Of a stretch of DNA of 64,000 nucleotides, positions 27,272 to 41,105 are shown one piece after another. The translations under genes and the position numbers were made by a program. Source of the DNA: Eledone cirrhosa. Lineage: Eukaryota. Under the pieces are notes generated by a model. That model ran no database searches and was not told where the DNA came from. It was given only the letters and a program-made list of their open reading frames with translations. The stretch lies in assembly GCA_964016885.1 (NCBI GenBank), contig OZ024741.1:237212001-237276000 (forward strand). The letters run 5' to 3'. How positions within the stretch are numbered: position 1 is the stretch's first letter; every line of letters starts with the position of its first letter.

Positions 27272-28730
27272 TGGGTCCTCGATATACGGTAGTTCTTTAT
27301 CCGGTAAATTCACAGATACGGTTTTGGGTAATTACTACCATCAATTCTATTTACGGTAAAAAAAAATTCACAGATACGGTTTTTGATCGTGTTTTGTTTA
27401 TATTGTACCGTAGCGCCACCTGTAGTAAGCAATACATCCCCCTTGAATTCGTGGAAACTGACTGCTATTCGAATTCTAGGAAAATTGTGTTAGTACTGCT
27501 ATCGTACTAACTGACCTTACCAAGAAACTGGCCAATCACGAGCGAGTTCAGATATCGATCGATGACGTCATAACTCTTAGCTGATTACTTCAGTTCGGCA
27601 AACTAGCGTGTCCTCTCAGTGAGAGAATTTTTGCCGAACTGAAGTGATCAGTTAAGAGTTATGACGTTATTCAAAGTAAGAGAAAACCCGACGGCGTGTT
27701 TTTGAAGCATAATTATCACGGCATATCTTATAACCCCATATCTCATGGCCCCAAAACGCCCTGTGAATATTGCTGATGCAGATGGAAAGGCCAAACGCAT
27801 GAGGAAGAGCCTGACTTTGGAGATAAAGCTGGACATTTTGAAAAGGAAGGAGCAGGGGCAAGGTACGTCCGCCATAAGTCGTAACTTAGGCCTAGCCCAG
27901 TCTACAGTCTGGACTGTTTTAAAAAATAGTGAGGCTGTCAAAAAAAGCTGGGGAGAATACTACGAGTCTACAGAGTAAATTGTTGACCAAACATCGTGAG
28001 CCGATTATGGATAGAATGGAAAGGTTGCTCAAAATTTGGATCGACGACCAAAATCGTCAAAATATGCCTCTGTCTTTAAATGTAATCAGTGAGAAAGCAT
28101 TGTCCATTATTGACAGGCTCAAGACTGAAATGGGGGTGGAGGACATTGTATTCAAGGCAAGCAAAGGCTGGTTTGATAAGTTCAAACAATGTTCGAGTCT
28201 TTACAACATAAAAGTTACAGGTGAGGCTGCCAGTTCCAACAAAGAGAGTGCTGAAAAATTCAAGGCAGAGTTAGAGAAATGCTTTGCAGAGAAGGAGTAC
28301 AGAAAAAAGCAGGTTATTAATTATGATGAAACAGGACTTTATTGGAAAAAGATGACCAGTAATACCAGTAATTGACAAGGGGGAGAAAAGTGCGAAGGGT
28401 TTCAAAGCCTCAAAGGACTGCGTTACTCTGTTACTTGGAGGGAATGCAGAAGGAGATTTAAAGCTAAAACCACTCATTATCTACCATTCTGAAACCCCAA
28501 GAGCACTCAAGGGGTTACTTAAGCAATACCTACCAGTGATATGGAAGTCTAATAAGAAGGCATGTCTGATCACTTCAATTCACCAGGATTTTTTCACCTC
28601 ATATCTGTCACCAACCCTTAAGGAATATGCATTAGCTAACAACATTGCCAACCGTTTTCTGCTATTAGTGAACAACGCCCCCAGCCACCCACGGGCAATG
28701 GAAGACTGGTCAGAAAATATTGAGGTTTTG

Positions 28731-28761
<31 letters not shown>

Positions 28762-29797
28762 CACACACACACACCACAGCTCTCATTCAGCCGATGGATC
28801 AAACAGTCATCAAAACATTTAAGGCATACTACCAGCGGAGAACCATGCAGCAGCTGATAAAGGGCACAGATGGGCCTGACAAGCCCACGATCAGGGAATG
28901 GTGAAAATTGTACAACATCAAGCACGGCTTAGACAACATCAAGGCATCTTGGGAAGAAGTGAAGCAGTCTACCATGACCTGGAAGAAATTATGGCCAGCA
29001 TGTGTGAATGACTTCCAAGGCTTTGCTTAGGACATTGGTGCGATAAAAAAAGATATTGTAAATCTCTGCCATAGAGCTGGCTTCGATGGTGTTAATGATG
29101 ATGATGTGCAAGACTTTTTGGAAAGCCACGCTGAACCACTCTCCAATGATGAACTCATAGAACTAGACAAGGCGATACAGGAGACAGAAAAAGAAGAAGA
29201 GGAGGACGAAGAACCTGTGCGTGGCTTGGACATAAAATTCTAAGAGAATGTCTCGGGAGTATCGAAACAATCTTAAAAACCCTGAAGGAGCGTGACCCCA
29301 GCCCTGCTAGGAGCAGCAAAGTGGCTCAAGACGTCGAGAAAAGTGTCAAGATTTACCAAGAAATGTATGAAGCCAAAAGAAACACCGCCAAACAGTCCTC
29401 CATCTACTCTTTCTTCAAGCCAGTCACACCTGCCAACCGTGCTACAGCTGGCCCTTCAACATCCACTGCAGTCAACGAGTTTGTTGGTTTTGAGCCTCCC
29501 ACATCACCTTCATCCTCCCCTGCCAATTCAGCCCAAGATGAGTAAGGGCTGAAACCCATACTGTCCCTTAGCCTTGGGAGGGACAAATGAAGTGGCACAT
29601 CATCTGATGGACTACGCGGCATGTGTAAGGTACAGTAAATAAAAAAAAAACATTATTTCTTTTCTGTAGGATGACTTTTTCGATGTGCTGGAACGCATCC
29701 CTATTTATTTCATGTTACAATGAATTCTTTATACGGTAATTCGATATACGGTAAGGGTTTCAGGAACGCATATATACCGTATATCGAGGACTCACTG
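27269..29797 (+). mobile_element. Tigger/pogo DNA transposon, full length but degenerate
   Basis: 23-bp TIRs CAGTG(G/A)GTCCTCGATATACGGTA at 27269-27291 and 29775-29797; TA on the left, TG on the right. Confidence 0.92.
27745..29545 (+). pseudogene. TIGD1-like pogo transposase, disrupted
   Basis: psq HTH (RKSLTLEIKL), CENP-B HTH (FKASKGWFDKFK), NYDETGLYWK, LLLVNNAPSHP, TTALIQPMDQ; several frameshifts and stops. Confidence 0.9.
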
Positions 29798-29800
29798 TGT

Positions 29801-30447
29801 ATATATATATATAAAGTTGTATTCCTGCCTGTTTGTTTGTTCACGAACTCCTCCTATGGTTTTGGAGGTAGACCCCCATAACCATATATATATTCTGAAA
29901 CTACATTGCCCAGGGTACTTGGATAAGTAAATTTCATTTTAATCAAAGGGTTCCCCCGCTGAAAATGTTTTCCCTTTGATTTATATGAAATTTAAAGCAT
30001 AGGTAAATGACAAGATATGATGCCTATTCACAAAATTTCAGCAAATTTCAATAATATTAAGACATCCTATTGGGGGTTAAACCCCCTATTAGGGTTCCCC
30101 GGAGGCACAACACCCCACTGAAAATGTTTTCCCTTCAATTTATATGAAATTTAAACCATAGGTAAATGACAAGATATGATGCCTATTCACAAAAGTTTTG
30201 AATTGATATTTTGAAAAAAATTATTTACAAGAAACAAAATAAGAATAAGATTTAATAGTGTAATTTTGATTGATATATATTAAAAAAATATTGTTTTCCA
30301 AGTTTTCATGCATTACATTTTACATTGAGTAATATTGAAATGCAAAGTTTTTCTCCATAAACTATATCACTGATTTGAAATCAATCATCATTTTCTTACA
30401 AAAAAAAATGTAGGGAAACGCAGCAAGGTGCGGGTAATTCGGCTAGT
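29801..30447. mobile_element. Second HINE/Helentron-like non-autonomous element (opposite orientation)
   Basis: Starts TATATATAAAG with a (GTTT)n/(GCCT) tract, ends GCGGGTAATTCGGCTAGT; internal ~160-bp duplication. Confidence 0.5.
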
Positions 30448-30482
30448 ATATATATATATATACAGAGCGAGAGAGAGAGAGG

Positions 30483-30513
<31 letters not shown>

Positions 30514-30731
30514 CTTAAAATAATACACAGATACAATTTATCAGTCTTATTAATTTAACGCTTGTTGGAAAATTATTGCTTCAACGTATCGGGCATTGCC
30601 AGGATGGCTGCAGAGCGCCCGGGTTTATCATTGTTAGTCGTATGTGCACGAATATAAAGGATATTGTGAGTGTGTTGGTATTTTTATTTTTTGCTTGTGT
30701 GGGTGGTGGTTCGGCCTGTGTGTATTGCGTG

Positions 30732-30867
<136 letters not shown>

Positions 30868-30963
30868 AGCAACAAGGGCGGTGCCCCAGCATGGCCTCAG
30901 CCGGATGGCTGAAACAGGTAAAAGAGTAAAAGAGAACATATATATAAATGAATATAGAGAAAT

Positions 30964-31072
30964 TAATTGTTTCTACTTTAGGCACAAGGCCAGCAATTAC
31001 CCAGTGCATTACTGGTACTTTATTTTATCGACCCCGTGAGGATGAAAGGCAAAGTCAACCTTGGCGGGATTT
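30964..31072 (-). mobile_element. SINE family A, 5'-truncated
   Basis: Homologous to 1671-1780. Confidence 0.8.
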
Positions 31073-31846
31073 GTGAGCAAGAAGCCAACAGTATTTCATA
31101 ATATAATATATATATCCTCTCTTTTTCTATGTCTCTCTTATTTTATCTATCTATCTACATGTCTGTCTGTCTGTCTGTCTACTCACCGAATTACTAGCCT
31201 ACATATAAACATTTGACGTATACAAACAATTATAGCCGTGTCCTCCACCTGCATTTTCTCTAATAACAACAACCACTAATACTTCTATCAATACTACTAC
31301 CACTATTACAACTATTTCTGCTGCGAAAACATCAGCAATAACTTTTTCCACCACTAAATAACTTGTTGAACAACAATAGCTGTAATAAGCAACAAAAAGA
31401 GTTGCTGTAAAGATTGTAAATACTGTTAACAATATGAACAGCAACAATAACAACAGAGAAAATGTCACATAAACTCTTGCTGAGGTCAAAATGAACATTC
31501 TCCGCCGCCATCCTCACTAACACCCAGTGGCGTAACTAGCTTTTAAAGCCGGGGGGGGGGGGCAAATTCGATCTAAAGGGGGCCCACCAATTCCATACGC
31601 TCATTTCCATCGGCTGCAAGGAAATATGTTCATACACGCATATAGAGTAGACAGCATCATAGATTACAAAGTTAGCATGTTCCGTGAAAACTTTATTAAC
31701 TGCGAAGACGGTGGTCTATCTTCAGAAAAACAAAACAACATCCAATAAAACTAGTTTTGCAATCGATTATTCACCAACAAAAATTCGTATGTACAACAAA
31801 TCGTCCATCTAAAACTTTACTTTCACATTCGAGCACATCACTTGTT

Positions 31847-34560
31847 CTACATTTCTAATTTGCAATGTTTTACTTTAGAAAATTTTTCAATCACGATGCT
31901 GAAGTCAATTTTTTCAGCCAGTTCTCGATCTATGTACATCATTGCCAGAGCATCCAACCGCTCTTCACTCATGGTACTACGCAAATAATTCTTTATCAGT
32001 TTGAGCCTGCTGAAGGTTCGCTCAGCCTGCGTCGAGCTAACCGGATTAGTTATGAACATTTTGTATAAGGCAAACACGTTCGGATAGGCTCTATCTAAGT
32101 CATTAGAAATCATAAACGGAACGATCTCAGAACTCGATATGGATTTATCTAAACACACTTCCTTGTAAAAATCTTTGAATGATAAATACTCGTCGAAGAT
32201 AGTGTCATTTTCGATGTCACCCTCGTAGAATTTCACAAGATTATCGATTCTCTCTCTATTGCATGTGTCGTCGTCGTCGAAGTGCGCCGGTATCAAGCAC
32301 GAAAAATCCTTCAGTAGATCGTGCAAGTCGGCAAAACGTTCGTTAAAGCTACTAATGATTCTATCTAAGATAGTGAAATAAATGTCCCGTTTAAAATGCT
32401 GACTCATCGTCTCATGAGGTTCGTCACTGGCATTTTCGTAATGAAAACGCCTCTTTTTTCTTTTTCGTTTTTCTGTTGTAAACTCTGGTTCAACTTGACA
32501 TTGCTCGGCGAGATTTTTAGTGTCTGATAATGTTCGGTCAAAATATTCATTTGAGCGGATGTCGTCAATTTCTTTTACTACATTTTTAATCATGACGTCC
32601 GCGGAATATAAGTCGATAGCCTCCTTCTGCAAATATTGTGAAACAGCTTTTTAGGTAAATTCTGAAAAAACTTCAACATGAAAATGAATTCAAACTTGCT
32701 CACATTTAGTAGCAAACCTCTGGCCTCGGCTAATACTTTCGGAGCAGTGTTGTGAACATCCCCACTTATTATCCTCTCTAGTGCTCTTATTACTGCCGGT
32801 AAGTTGTTAATGGTAGCCTCTACAGCCTGAATGTGACTAAACCAGCGCGTATCTGAGAGTCTTTTTAATGTTAATACCGTTGAAGTCAATAGTTTTTCTT
32901 GTTCTTCTTCGAGGATTTTCAGCCTTGGCAAGCTTGATGTTAAGAAAACATACAGGCTCTCCAATACACCAAAAAATAATTTACCATCCACTGACGATTG
33001 GCTAGCATCGATTAACACCAGGTTCAAGTTATAAGCGCAACAATGGACGTAAACAGCTTTCGAAGAGCATCTCTCTTTAACTCTAGCCTGAAGCCCAGAA
33101 ATATGGTCGGACATATTCGACGCTCCGTCGTAAGCTTGTCTCCTAATATATTGAGCATCCAAGGATAGATCCTGGAAAAGAACTTTCACAAGCGTATCGT
33201 AAAATGATTCAGTGGCTGCTGATTTTAGTTCACAAAACGACAGGAAATGCTCCTCTGCGTGGCCACTTTTCGATACATATCGCAGTGACACGGAGCATTG
33301 ATCCTGATGCGAAATGTCTATTGTGGAATCGACGATGACTGAATAGTATTTTGCCGCTTTCACTTCCGTGATTATTTGTTGAGTACATTCGTTTGCCAGG
33401 CATTCTATGAATTCGTTTTGTAATTTTGGACTTAAGTACATAGGCTGTCTTTTAGTGCGCCCAGGCGAGAATAAATGGCTTTCCAAGATCGTATCATATT
33501 TGGCCATCAATTTCAACAATTCAATAAAGTTTCCTTCATTTTCTGATTTGGCGCCAAGTCCAGCATATTCCCTGTGACCTCTGAATGCCAGGCCTTGTTT
33601 TGCGAGAAATAACGTACAATCAAGCAATCGCCGCAATATCTGGCGATTTCGTTCAATTCGCTTCTTCTCTTCATGGATGAGGTTATCGATCACTGTTTTA
33701 TCTGCGTCCAAACGATATTTTGTCATGAATTATTGCTTTTGTGCATTGATGTGAATGGCACTTTTCTCACGCTTGGCAATTTTTTCGATTCCCTTTTTGA
33801 AGTTTGCCATCCCACACTCTGAATTACCCCAAGGCTTCGAGTAAGATTCGGCATTTTTATCATCAAACAGCCAACAACAAAAGCAATATAGTCTGTTGGA
33901 TTCAGGAGAGTATACTAACCAGTGTCGGTCAACTTTATGGATTCCAGCACACTTTCTCTTGTACCAACTGATGTTGAATTTTCTGTGGTTCGAGTCGAGA
34001 GGGAAATCAGCAAAATTATCTTTCAATCCTGGCTGACAAGGACCAACAGCCATGAGGGCGCGAATTAGAGGTGTCGTCAATGGTCTGTCCTCGAAATGTT
34101 TCGGGTCGCTTGGATACTTCTCTTGTAAATTCAACATGCATTCTACTGGCTCATACTCTGGGATTAGTTTTGCCAATGTAGTTTCCTCTGAATCATTTTC
34201 ATTTTCAGATTCCGATACAGCCATTTTCCCCTCTATTGAGTTCGGATCCCCAGTTGGAACTACATCTTCAGTGTCTACGACGGTTATTGAGATAGTCGAT
34301 GGCCCTGAGGCATCTTCGACGTCAGGTTCTCGTGACTCTCCAGTGCTTTTCTGTTTCTCCAGTTCATCTGACCAGACTGACTCGCCGGAAATTCCGGCAG
34401 TTACGTTGCTTTGGGATGCGTCACTACTTGTTAACGAAGACTGTTGACTTTTCAGAAAACTTGTGATTAGATGACATTTCTTTGCAGATTCTTCCGTGGC
34501 AGCTTGTGTAGCTTCTCTCCTCTTTGTTGCTCCAGTTTTGTAAGTTTTTTTAGGCAGCAT
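31847..34560 (-). pseudogene. hAT transposase (TTF-type Zn finger, DUF4371, hATC dimerisation domain), one stop plus one frameshift
   Basis: WLVYS..LYCFCCWLF, LAFRGHRE, VDSTID, QAYDGA, VHCCAYNLNL, SDTRW, AERTFSRLKLIKNYLRSTM. Confidence 0.92.
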
Positions 34561-35337
34561 TGCTAATGAGCACTATATTGACACTGTTTTCCAGTGGCTT
34601 TGTCTTTAAAAAAAATTCTTCCTTTTTCTTTTTTTTTCTATAAGTCTTTAAGTGCCGAAATAGCTTGTGATTAGAAAGCCACTTCACTTACCGCATTTCT
34701 CTGGTCCTGGCAAAGTCGTTGGCTGGTTTTCCTCTCTTCCAAGTGTGTACAATCCAGCTCGCCGATCGCAGCCTCAAATCGCACGTCTGTCTCAGTCCGA
34801 TGACCGCCGTAGAAGAGAAAGGGGCCTCTCAAGCTGACGTCACATCTGCTCGCCCTTCCGGTCGAGCACGCTTCCGGTTAAGCACGCCCAGCCTCCGGCC
34901 ACTACACACCACACCATCCCACAATGAGCACTATATTGACACACTTGGAATAATGCAATTTGCTTGATTTGATATTCAACACCGAAGAATGTAAAACACG
35001 TCAAATAATCGACGAAAAACAAAACATAGAGCAAAAGTTCAGGAAATGTCGCAAATACCAAATTGTTCTAAGATGTGACTAATGATAAAAAGTAACAACA
35101 TAAATAAAAATATTATATATATTTTTTTCTGTATATACACACAATATATAGATATATATATTTGTGTGTATATACTCATGCATAATTATACTTTTAATTA
35201 AATATTAGGTTAAAAACCTGAGTATCGAGAATAACATAAGCATGTATTACAACATTTCAAACAAATAGAATAATATAGAATTTAGATATCAAATCATTTA
35301 TTTATATTTACAAATCAAAGAATATAATAATCGGTTT

Positions 35338-35560
35338 TTAATGAGATCCCTGTGATTGATGCAAGGCTACTAATTTGTCAATGTTTGGTGTGAAAGCCGT
35401 TAGAGATAGTCGTAAATCACCTCTTCTTTCTATATCAAGGCGATTTTGACTTTTTGAAAGCAGATGCATCACCTGACTGAAACCTGATTCAACTAAATAA
35501 GATGTGGGGAAAGCAAGTAAAAAAAATTTAACGTTTTTATTCGACGGAATATTGTCTACA
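35338..35560 (-). pseudogene. C-terminal fragment of a second, Charlie/Buster-type hAT transposase
   Basis: LLAFPTSYLVESGFSQVMHLLSKSQNRLDIERRGDLRLSLT...HQSQGSH-stop. Confidence 0.8.
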
Positions 35561-36653
35561 CTTTTTTTTAGATGCAGTTGCCATTTCATCCGAAATATTA
35601 TATTTTTGAAATAAACAAGAGATTGGTCTTAACTTCTAGTCTTATTAGAGATTAAGCGTTTTCTTTACGTTGTTAAGTTATGTGTTTAGAATTATAGCCT
35701 AGGGGGCCCACCTAGACCGACAGGAAAGCCGGGGTTAGTTACGCCACTGCTAACACCACCACCATTATTGCTAACATCACCATCAATATCACCACTATCG
35801 CCACCACCACCGTCACTATTACTCTCAGTATCGCCACCATCGCTAACACCATCGTTATCACCGCTATCACATTAACTAATACCACATGTAAAACAACAGC
35901 TTCTTGAGTCCAGCTGAATTGCTCAACAGTCAGATTGTGAGAACTAACCTTGTTGCAAAAATACAAACTCTACGGTCTCCCACAAACCTGGGCTCTGCCG
36001 CCCTTAACTCAAAGAAACAGAAGATATCCAAATCCCAGGACCGACCGATTCCTTTTCGTGCCTGTCGCCGTCAAGACATCCAGCTTCCTCGGTCTTCGAA
36101 CTGCCGTTTTCCCTCACAAATTCGGGATGAGTGCATCTCGCCTAAAGAAAGAGCCTACATGAGGTGGAATTGCTGGTGCAGCGGGTGTCTCTGGTTCTCT
36201 GTGGCGATGCTTTCGCTATCTTGTCCACTTGACGCTGCTGAGATATACTGTTTAGCCAGGGGTGTTGAGTTTGCTCTTCTTTTCCTCTTTCCCGCTTTTT
36301 TCAATATTTAATTTTTCTTCCATCATTTAGCTTCTTTTTTCCTTTTTCCTCTTTGATATTTTAATCCTAAAAAAACTTATTGTATACTGATCAGCAAATA
36401 AAGATAACCAAATTTATAAATATTTATGATGAATTCCAGTACCGTCAAGAACAGCACCTACCCTGGCGGGAATCAGCCTCCAGGTCAACTCGGCCAAGTC
36501 GGGGGTGGTGAATGTCAGCCACGATGCTGAGAGCTTTGCAGCCTCCGTCTCGGACGTGCGGTCCATTCTCCACCAGGTACAGGTGACCCCCAAAGAAGAT
36601 GTCCTTTTAACGAAGGGTATTTTTAATTGTTAGATGAATGATTATAACAAAGT

Positions 36654-37265
36654 TGTTGAAATAACAAAAATAATAAGAATAAATGATTTTAGTTTATATA
36701 TGGTTTACTTCACGTGAATCAATTAAAAAGTACAATAAAATAACTACCAAGAGTTGCGAAGGTTAACAATGTAATGTGTTGTTGGTATGAAAACAGCGAG
36801 CGACGAGATAAAGTTTGTTGGTGGTTAAAGTTTGTTGCAGTCGTCATAGTAGTTTTCGTCGTGAGTCTGAGACCATAGTGAGTGAGAGATAGTAATGGTC
36901 TGTAATTGATTGTAGACCACTGTGGCTTGTAGATAGCGGAATATCTTTAACATAGCGGGTCTGTAGTAGTAGGGCTCTGATCTCTCTGTATCTCTGTAGA
37001 CTTCTAGGTCTGTTGATAGCGGTGAATCTTTACATAGTTTGTTGTGTATCGTAGAGCTCCGATCTATCAGTGTTTCTGTAGACCATTGGGGTCTGTTGAT
37101 AGTGATGAATCTTTACATAGTTTGTTCTGTAGTAGGGTGCTCCGATGCTTCTGACTAAAGTAGGATGATACAGACTTTATATACCTGTCGCTTCCTGTCT
37201 CCCACCCTGAACCTGTTCACACCAAAAGGGTGGTGACCTAGAATTTGACCTCTAGGTGTCACCCA
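36654..37265 (-). mobile_element. Probable solo LTR
   Basis: TG...CA ends, AAGT on both sides (36650-36653, 37266-37269), TATA-like TTTATATA near 37176. Confidence 0.5.
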
Positions 37266-37289
37266 AAGTTCAAGGCGCGGACAGATTTC

Positions 37290-38590
37290 GCTACATCCTC
37301 ATCCTCGGGTCACCGATCCACCCGCCGGCCATCTGCTCCACCATCAGGTCCAGGCTTCAACAACTCCAGAGCCTCACGAGTCAACTGGGCTTGATCGACG
37401 GCCACCCAGCTCTCTTTCTGTTGAAGAACTGCTTCGCCATGCCGAAGTTTTCTACATCCTTCGCAGCGCTCCGTGCTACACCCACGCATCTCTCCTCGCT
37501 GACCTCGATACTTGTATCCGAGCAGCAGCCGAGGAGATATGCAATGTCAGGTTTGACGATATTGGATGGCAACAGGCCACTTTACCTGTCAGGTATGGCG
37601 GCCTTGGCCTCCGGTCCCCGATCTCACTGGCTTTGCCGGCGTTTCTTTCGTCGGTAACCTCGTGCCGCGTCCTCGTCAGCAGGGTTCTCCAAAACACAAT
37701 AGAACCTTCTGTATTCAGGGAACGTGAGGCCGCCTGTGAGACGTGAGACCGGCTGGGACTTAGCCCAGTAGACGTCCTTCCTCCTTCTCCCCCTGATGAC
37801 GTCAAGTCCCCCCCAAAGCATTTGGGTAGCCATCCAGTGCAGCCTGGCTTCAGACAGGCTCACGCGCCAGCTCTGCCTTGCCTGTTTTCGTGCGGCCTCC
37901 AAACCCCACAGTGGTGCCTGGTTCCATGCCCTGCCTTCCTTCTCCACTGGCACGCAGCTAGACAACCATAGCCTGCGCATCGGCGTTTCCTTGGGGCTCG
38001 ACCTCCGGATCTGCGAGCCACACCAATGTCGCTGTGGATCCACTGTGGACTCTTTCGGCCTCCACCCGCTTTCCTGTCGCCACAGTGCCAGCCGCATTCC
38101 ACGCCATGCTGCTCTCAACGAGGTCATAAAGCATGGCTTGGGCGCTGCAAGCTTCTCTTCCCAGCTCGAGCCGGTGGGGCTGGACCGAGGGGACGGCAAA
38201 AGACCAGATGGCATGACCATCTTCCCGTTCCGCGGGGGCAAACCCCTCGTCTGGGATGCCACTTGCACCGACACTTTCTGCAACAGCAACCTGGTGCAGT
38301 CTGCGACTAATCCAGGTTCTGCTGTACGTCGGGCTGAGGAGGCCAAACTCTTCAAATACCGGTCGTTCTCCGATAGGTTTGCGGTTATACCCTTGACAGT
38401 GGAGACTTCTGGTGTCCTCGGCCCTAGGGCTACCTCCCTACTCACCACCATAGGCGCTGAGCTGGCCAGCCGCAGGTGTGAGCCCCGCGAGTTGGAGTGG
38501 CTTTTCCAGCGCGTCTCCCTTACTGTGTTCCGGGGAAACGCCTTCTCTATTCTGTCCGCCGTGGCTGTGGGGAGACAACAATATGATTGA
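37290..38590 (+). pseudogene. CRE-like (RLE-type) non-LTR retrotransposon 3' fragment
   Basis: GGLG, SGAWFHALP, CRCG..GLHPLSC zinc motif, RHAALN, RPDG..WDAT..EEAK..KY restriction-like endonuclease, VETSG. Confidence 0.85.
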
Positions 38591-38829
38591 CTGACTTGTC
38601 ATTTTATCAGTTACGCCTATGGTGGATATATTAGGAGACTAAACTTGTGACCTCACGCTCCCTGTCACACTCAACGTAAACTTTTGAATGTAGAGATGGT
38701 GTATATTTTTTCCGCCCATTTCTTCTTCAGAAGATTAAACCACACTCTGCTATCTACCAACGGTCTGTCAACTATATCTGAACAGACGGCTACAATAACA
38801 AATGTTCGTAAAATACACAGGCCACTGTT

Positions 38830-41085
38830 GTTGTTGGACCTCCGTCGTTTTTCATGATGAGTGATCCAGTTGTTCTAACAACGGAATAGCCTGCTCGTGA
38901 AATTGACGTGTAGGTGGCTGGGCATCCCACAAAAACGCTCACTTAACGCAATTCTCGAGGAGATTCAGTGTGACACTGTGACAGAATTGGTCTTTGGAAT
39001 TTACAGTTATCGCTCTTTTTTGCCAGCTGAGGCGACTGGAGCAACTTGAAATGAAGTTATAACAGGACACTGGGTTGTATGTACAATATTTATTTAACAA
39101 GGTTGAGCTATGTAGAGCAGAATAGTTGACATGCCAAGAGAGATGAAAGAATGAATTAAAGTTATTTATTTACCGTTGTGAAGTCATCGCGCAAGAGACC
39201 AAGAGGTCTTTACATTACCATGTTCAGGTTGCCAGAGAGTATACCCTCGGCGGAACGCGCCTGGCCGAAGGGCCAGGCAGGTTAAAAGAGAGGGAGATAG
39301 CTTTCAGCTCTCTCCTTTATAGGGTCCCTGGACGGAAGTTACAAAGAAGGTTCTGCCATCTCAACGGGAAGTAACTCCAGCCACTTCCTGTCTAGAGAGT
39401 GCTACTGGTGATGTGATCGTCATAACAAGGGAGGCATCTCTTGCTACATTATCTCCCGCCAGATTTTTAAAACATAAAACCATGTATGAAGTAAGATGGC
39501 GAGCATGTAACACCAAAGTGCAGGCATGAAAATTACAAAAAAATAATGTTTGCAATAAAAGCAAAACAGCAAAATATAAGCATGCAAAAATCAATGATAG
39601 ATATCAAGGTAGCCAACCGCTCTTGGCCAGAGAACGACTGGACATCTATCTATCCATCACACAAAATACAGTGTAATCAACCTAAAAGAAGAGGTCAAAG
39701 GAGCAAAGAAACGTGCTCGAACATAGTTATTTAAAAAAAGGTTCAAATGTTCAATATACAGTTCACAGGTGACAGCAGGAAAGAAAGTGTGTCCTCCAGA
39801 GAATGTATGCAGGTGGTTTCTGGACTGTGGTACAACGTGAAATTCCCAACCTCCGAAGGTGGGATTTTCTCACAGGAAGAGTGCTGCAAAAATAAATTCT
39901 CTGTTTTGTTCTGCTGGTTTTGGTTGTTGATAAAGCAAAGATGAAGCTGTGTTGTTTTCTCGCGGAGTGAGCTTATTCGATGTTGTTTCCGTTCACAGTA
40001 AAAAGTTTCCCAGAAAAAATGAGTTGCGCAAAGTGCTAGAAATAACAGCCAAAGTTGATGGTTGAGGTTGAGAAAGCGTTGACCTGGAAGGGTCAAGAGG
40101 CCAGTGACCAAAGAAATAATCACTCTGAATAAATGCACAGTTTTCAAAGGCAAATTTACGTGGTAAATGTTTAAACCGGCAAATATGAGAATATAGCTTA
40201 AGGCTGGAGAATCCTTGTCAAGAAACATTATCTATGGCGTGTGTTATCTCAGTGAGTCGAGATGTGTGCTCCCACACGTGTCGAAACAAGGTTAAAGTCA
40301 AGTTGAACAAAAACAAATTTCTATTGCGCGAAAATTTGGCAGCCAAAATTTAAATGTAAACACGTAAGGTGAAAAGCAAAAATTTTTCTTATTTGTTTGC
40401 TGCTGAGGAAAAGATTACTTATATTTTTCGTTGTAGACAAAATCCATGTGGAATGTTGTAGAAAAAAATCCATGTGGAATGATGTTAGAGGATTTTTTTC
40501 TTTTTGAAATACTGCTAATTAATTTTCTTTTTTTCATATTCACACAACACCAGATCCTATTCTTTTTTTCTCGGGGTCACCACTTATAACAGCGACACTG
40601 GGTTGTATGAATATAACAAGACACTGGGTTGTATGTACAATATTTATTTAACAAGGTTGAGCTATGTAGAGCAGAATAGTTGACATGCCAAGAGAGATGA
40701 AAGAATGAATTAAAGTTAATTGTTTACCGTTTTGAAGTCATCGCGCAAGAGACCAAGAGGTCTTTACATTACCATGTTCAGGTTGCCAGAGAGTATACCC
40801 TCGGCGGAACGCGCCTGGCCGAAGGGCCAGGCAGGCTAAAAGAGAGGGAGATAGCTTTCAGCTCTCTCCTTTATAGGATCCCTGGACGGAAGTTACAAAG
40901 AAGGTTCTGCCACCTCAACAGGAAGTGACTCCAGCTACTTCCTGTCTAGAGAGCGCTACTGGTGACCTGATCGTCATAACAAGGGAGGCAACTCTTGCTA
41001 CAAAGTGTTCAAGGACACAACGCGCCGCCCGGAATGAAACTCACGATCCTGAGCCGAACACCTTCCACACACTCAAGCCACTAAG
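38830..41085 (-). mobile_element. SINE split by the LTR-element insertion
   Basis: GACTGGAGCAAC..GAAATGAAGT (to 39057) continues as GTTCAAGGACACAACGCGCCGCCCGG (from 41007). Confidence 0.65.
39058..41002 (-). mobile_element. Non-autonomous LTR retrotransposon (TRIM-like), CsRn1-related
   Basis: ~390-420-bp LTRs at 39058-39448 and 40585-41002; 4-bp TSD AAGT; PBS TGGTGACCCCGA (minus strand, 40571-40582, tRNA-Trp type); PPT next to 39449; ~1.1-kb interior with no recognisable ORF. Confidence 0.88.
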
Positions 41086-41105
41086 ATACAGATGATTAAC
41101 TCTAT

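Larger units (their letters stand above)
31525..35749 (-). mobile_element. hAT transposon (Tip100/ZMYM1-like)
   Basis: 14-bp TIRs CAGTGGCGTAACTA (31525-31538, 35736-35749); perfect 8-bp TSD CTAACACC (31517-31524, 35750-35757). Confidence 0.95.

Noticed and set aside
37624-38451. 275-aa antisense ORF
   Set aside because: It is a shadow of the GC-rich CRE-like coding strand
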